Below, piece by piece: positions 29,264 to 32,000 of a DNA stretch of 32,000 nt. This stretch comes from an uncultured Planctomycetia bacterium. Its GTDB lineage: Bacteria; Omnitrophota; Gorgyraeia; Duberdicusellales; 4484-171. The notes under the pieces were generated by a model. That model was not told the origin of the DNA. It saw nothing but the letters and a program-made list of their open reading frames with translations, and did not search any database. Made by a program: the position numbers and the translations under genes. The stretch lies in NCBI GenBank assembly GCA_964536865.1, contig CAZHYN010000017.1:1-32000 (forward strand), given 5' to 3'. Position 1 is the first letter of the stretch. The number at the start of each line of letters is the position of its first letter.

Positions 29264-30357
29264 TGCTCCTCCTTGCCCTTTAAAGATTGGTAGAACTTAT
29301 ATAACCTTCTTAATGCCTCAATCTTATTTCCTCTTTCTAGCTTAGCCTTATTCACAATTCTAGCCAAACTATCAATAGTTTTTTGGTAATCCCCCAAACT
29401 TATCTTATAAGGATATCCATCCTTTCCTCCATGAGCAAAGCTGAAACGTGCTGGGTCTTTAAAACTTACCGATTCTCCATAAATAAGATCACTTATTAGA
29501 GCTAGAGCTCTTAATGTCTTAAGTCCTACACCTTCCAGACCAAGAAGAGACTCAAAATCTTTAGGTTTCCTCATATAAGTGGTTAGAAAAACCTTATGTA
29601 GGTATTGGGGATTTATGTCCTCAAGAAGAATTCGATGTCTTGAAGGAAGTCTCTCTGCGCTTGTTTTTAAAAGGCCTATATCCTTTATATTATCCTGAGT
29701 CTTTCTCTGGGAAAGTTCAGTTACTAAGCTTCTCAATTTCCCTCTATCTTTATCTACCAAATTCAGTGTTAAAAAGCTCTTATCACTTACTACCCCCAAA
29801 TGAGGTTCTTCTACAAAAGAAGTTACTTTTTGAGAATACCAGTGGTAACGTCTTGCCCAACAATAATCACTACTCATTCCCTGTTGAATCACTACCCAGT
29901 TAAATTTATGAGTGAAAATGAATGTATGATGGTAGAGATTAAACCCATCTTGTAAAGCACTATTATCCACCTTAGCCACCATTCGAGAAGCAAAAATTAG
30001 GGGGGCAGGGTCTTTACCTATTTTTTGAGAAATTCTCTCAATCTCCTGAGGAGTGCTTCGAGAAACTGAACCTTTCCCTCCACAAATATAGACTCCGTAC
30101 TCTTCTAAATCGCTGAAAGCTTCCTTTAAAGCTCCACATACAGTAGTAGTTAAACCTGAGGAGTGCCAATCAAAACCTAATAAGCAGCCTAACGATTGGA
30201 ACCAGAAAGGATCTGCTAACCGATGAAGGAGATATTCTAAACCAAACTCCCAAATAATTGCCTCACATATACCTCGAGCTAAAACCTTCATCTTTTCAAA
30301 TAACCAGCGGGGGCACCTCCCTCCATGGAGAGGTAAATCTAGATAACCTTTTTTCAT
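29260..30357 (-). CDS. DUF763 family protein (function unknown)
   Basis: 365-aa ORF whose N-terminus LDLPLHGGRCPRWLFEKM… is characteristic of DUF763 as I recall it. An internal helix-hairpin-helix-like element is present, LLGLEGVGLKTLRALALI (about 29482-29550). It has a 4-nt overlap with the downstream flavodoxin-like gene. Confidence 0.7.
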   Translation of the reverse strand: MKKGYLDLPLHGGRCPRWLFEKMKVLARGICEAIIWEFGLEYLLHRLADPFWFQSLGCLLGFDWHSSGLTTTVCGALKEAFSDLEEYGVYICGGKGSVSRSTPQEIERISQKIGKDPAPLIFASRMVAKVDNSALQDGFNLYHHTFIFTHKFNWVVIQQGMSSDYCWARRYHWYSQKVTSFVEEPHLGVVSDKSFLTLNLVDKDRGKLRSLVTELSQRKTQDNIKDIGLLKTSAERLPSRHRILLEDINPQYLHKVFLTTYMRKPKDFESLLGLEGVGLKTLRALALISDLIYGESVSFKDPARFSFAHGGKDGYPYKISLGDYQKTIDSLARIVNKAKLERGNKIEALRRLYKFYQSLKGKEEQ

Positions 30358-30503
30358 CTTAAAAAGTTTAATTCTTAACTAGGATAACTCCTGCGCTCTT
30401 TGCCAAAGGCAAAGTATTTTTTTAGCATATCCGACATTGCCCTTGCATTAGAAAATAAGCATTTATACATATATATAGATACCTTTTAGATTAAGTCTTA
30501 GTT

Positions 30504-30577
30504 TGCGCCCGGGGTGAGTCGAACACCCAACCTCTTGATCCGTAGTCAAGTGCTCTATCCAATTGAGCTACGGGCGC
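30504..30577 (-). tRNA. tRNA-Arg (anticodon ACG)
   Basis: The minus strand folds as a cloverleaf. The acceptor stem is GCGCCCG/CGGGCGC, the D stem GCUC/GAGC, and the anticodon stem CUUGA/UCAAG with loop CUACGGA. The T stem is GGGUG/CACCC with loop UUCGACU, and the discriminator is A. The 3' CCA is not encoded. Confidence 0.93.
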
Positions 30578-30600
30578 ACTAAATCAACAAAGAATGAAAA

Positions 30601-30629
30601 AATTTTACCATTCTCAGGGAGGATTCTCA
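30601..30629 (-). promoter_or_regulatory. Sigma70-type promoter candidate for tRNA-Arg
   Basis: On the minus strand, TTGAGA (30629..30624), a 17-nt spacer, then TAAAAT (30606..30601). It ends about 23 nt upstream of the mature tRNA 5' end. Confidence 0.45.
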
Positions 30630-30651
30630 ATAAAAATATATCTGGTGAATC

Positions 30652-30852
30652 TTATCTTTTAATACGAACTTCAGATAGCGAGACTTTTTTATCTCCTAAA
30701 CTGGCACCACAACCTTTACAGATATAATCGTAAAGATAACCATCGGGAAGAATAAGAAGAAGCTTCTCTACTACCGGCATAGACATTCTACAATTAGGAC
30801 AGTAGAGCCTTGTAGCGATAAAATCTTTGTATTGATGATTACCACCTTCCAT
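30652..30852 (-). CDS. Small zinc-ribbon protein (hypothetical)
   Basis: 66-aa ORF with two CxxC pairs (CPNC…CKGC). It lies 12 nt downstream of the HD-GYP regulator gene on the same strand. Confidence 0.55.
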   Translation of the reverse strand: MEGGNHQYKDFIATRLYCPNCRMSMPVVEKLLLILPDGYLYDYICKGCGASLGDKKVSLSEVRIKR

Positions 30853-30864
30853 AGATAATTAAAA

Positions 30865-32000
30865 TCACTTATTTCTTTCTCTTATTTTCTTAAATTCCCA
30901 ATGATTTTCTATAAACACATTCCATATCCGAGGATCGAACTTATCTTTTTCCTCCCGAATAATCTCTACTGCTTCTTCATGAGTGAGAGCCTTACGATAG
31001 CTACGTTCGGAAGTTAAAGCATCATAAACATCAGCTAGGGCTACTATTCTTGCTGAAAGTGGTATCTCTTCTCCTTTCAATCCTTCAGGATAGCCAGAAC
31101 CATCCCATCTCTCATGATGGTATAAAACTACATTTTCCACCAATTTAAGATACTGATTACTTCCTTTATCTTTAAGTAAGGGAGAAAGCATCTCCACTCC
31201 TAAACGGGGATGCTGTTTTACTATTTCCCATTCTGCTTCTGTTAACTCGGACGGTTTTAAAAGAATCTCGTTAGGAGTGCGCCATTTTCCTACATCATGA
31301 AGCATGCTAGCATAACTAAGATCATTAATATATTTCTCATCTATATAGTCGGCGAAATCCTTAATTTCTCTTAGTTTCTCAGCAATGAAATGAGTATATT
31401 CAGCTATACGACGAATATGACCGGCGGTTTCAGTATTACCAACCTCCTCTGCTCTTAGAGCAAATACCTCCATAATTCCTCTATAGAGAGCTTCTCTTTT
31501 CTTTTCTGCTTCTTTTATCTTGGTAACATCGATAAAGGATGCCATTATATAAGAAGTTGCTTTTATTTTCTCTTCAATAAGAGAAAATAAAGCCTGCAAG
31601 TAAAAGTGATGATTATCCTTCCTTGCCCCCACCAACTCTCCCAACCAAGTCTTTTTTTCCTCCAGTGTTTTTAATAATTCTGAGAGGACTTCTTTGCCGT
31701 AGAATAGCTCACTTAAGGGTTTACCTATCAATTCATCTTCTCTTTGATACCCCCACATCTTCACAAAAGAGGGATTGACATAAGTGATCAATCCTTTCAT
31801 ATCAGCAATACAGACTCCGCTAAGAGAAGTCTTAAGAGCCATATCAGTAAGTAAAGACTCTTTATCTAACACTTCTCTGAGCCGTTCGTACCAAGAAAGA
31901 GCATCTCTTATAGCTTTCTCTAACACTTGGGGGCTCAAATTCCCTTTTACTAAATAGTCGCTTGCGCCTGCTTTTATCATTGCTACTGCTATTTCTTCGT
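30865..32000 (-). CDS. Response regulator with PAS and HD-GYP (c-di-GMP phosphodiesterase-type) domains, 5' end outside the window
   Basis: The frame is open to the window edge (…EEIAVAMIKAGASDYLVKG is the end of a receiver domain). It continues with a PAS block (…ITYVNPSFVKMWGY…), then HD-GYP motifs HDVGK and HHERWDGSGYP. Confidence 0.88.
   Translation of the reverse strand, partial: EEIAVAMIKAGASDYLVKGNLSPQVLEKAIRDALSWYERLREVLDKESLLTDMALKTSLSGVCIADMKGLITYVNPSFVKMWGYQREDELIGKPLSELFYGKEVLSELLKTLEEKKTWLGELVGARKDNHHFYLQALFSLIEEKIKATSYIMASFIDVTKIKEAEKKREALYRGIMEVFALRAEEVGNTETAGHIRRIAEYTHFIAEKLREIKDFADYIDEKYINDLSYASMLHDVGKWRTPNEILLKPSELTEAEWEIVKQHPRLGVEMLSPLLKDKGSNQYLKLVENVVLYHHERWDGSGYPEGLKGEEIPLSARIVALADVYDALTSERSYRKALTHEEAVEIIREEKDKFDPRIWNVFIENHWEFKKIRERNK

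Noticed and set aside
30398-30424. Hairpin CTTTGCC-AAA-GGCAAAG followed by a T-rich tract on the + strand, which resembles a + strand intrinsic terminator or small-RNA end.
   Set aside because: No + strand gene or promoter lies upstream. On the expressed minus strand it lacks a T tract and lies in the 5' leader of the DUF763 gene. The 7-bp stem with a 3-nt loop is weak evidence, so I note it only as a possible leader structure.

Overview
AT-rich bacterial chromosomal segment. Every supportable gene, about 33 CDS or gene relics plus one tRNA, lies on the minus strand. Genes are tightly packed, often with 4-nt ATGA start/stop overlaps. Content is mostly housekeeping: groES-groEL with a CIRCE operator, coaX, birA, uvrB, nadC, valS, aroA, rluD, lspA, a DksA/TraR-type zinc finger, ileS, mtnP, proC and tRNA-Arg(ACG). 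Signalling genes sit at both ends: a large soluble PAS/GAF histidine kinase with a stand-alone receiver at the low-coordinate end, and a partial REC-PAS-HD-GYP regulator at the high-coordinate end. I found no transposase, integrase, CRISPR array, rRNA or recognisable defence island, and I cannot point to a clear-cut novel multi-gene system. The ORF track hides five gene relics or disrupted genes: an archaemetzincin-like relic, a cutA-ccdA pair, lspA, and a membrane-anchored hypothetical. In four of these, every frame break I could localise sits at a mononucleotide run; the breaks in the archaemetzincin-like relic were not localised. The roughly 26 kb of core genes are uninterrupted. Other notable items are a PncB-PncA (NAPRTase-nicotinamidase) fusion, a kinase with an N-terminal Rossmann-like module and a Cys-motif PAS, a DUF763/flavodoxin-like gene pair, a bacterial KptA/Tpt1, and a GroEL lacking the usual Gly-Met C-terminal tail. 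All calls rest on reading the translations and the DNA by eye. No database search was run.
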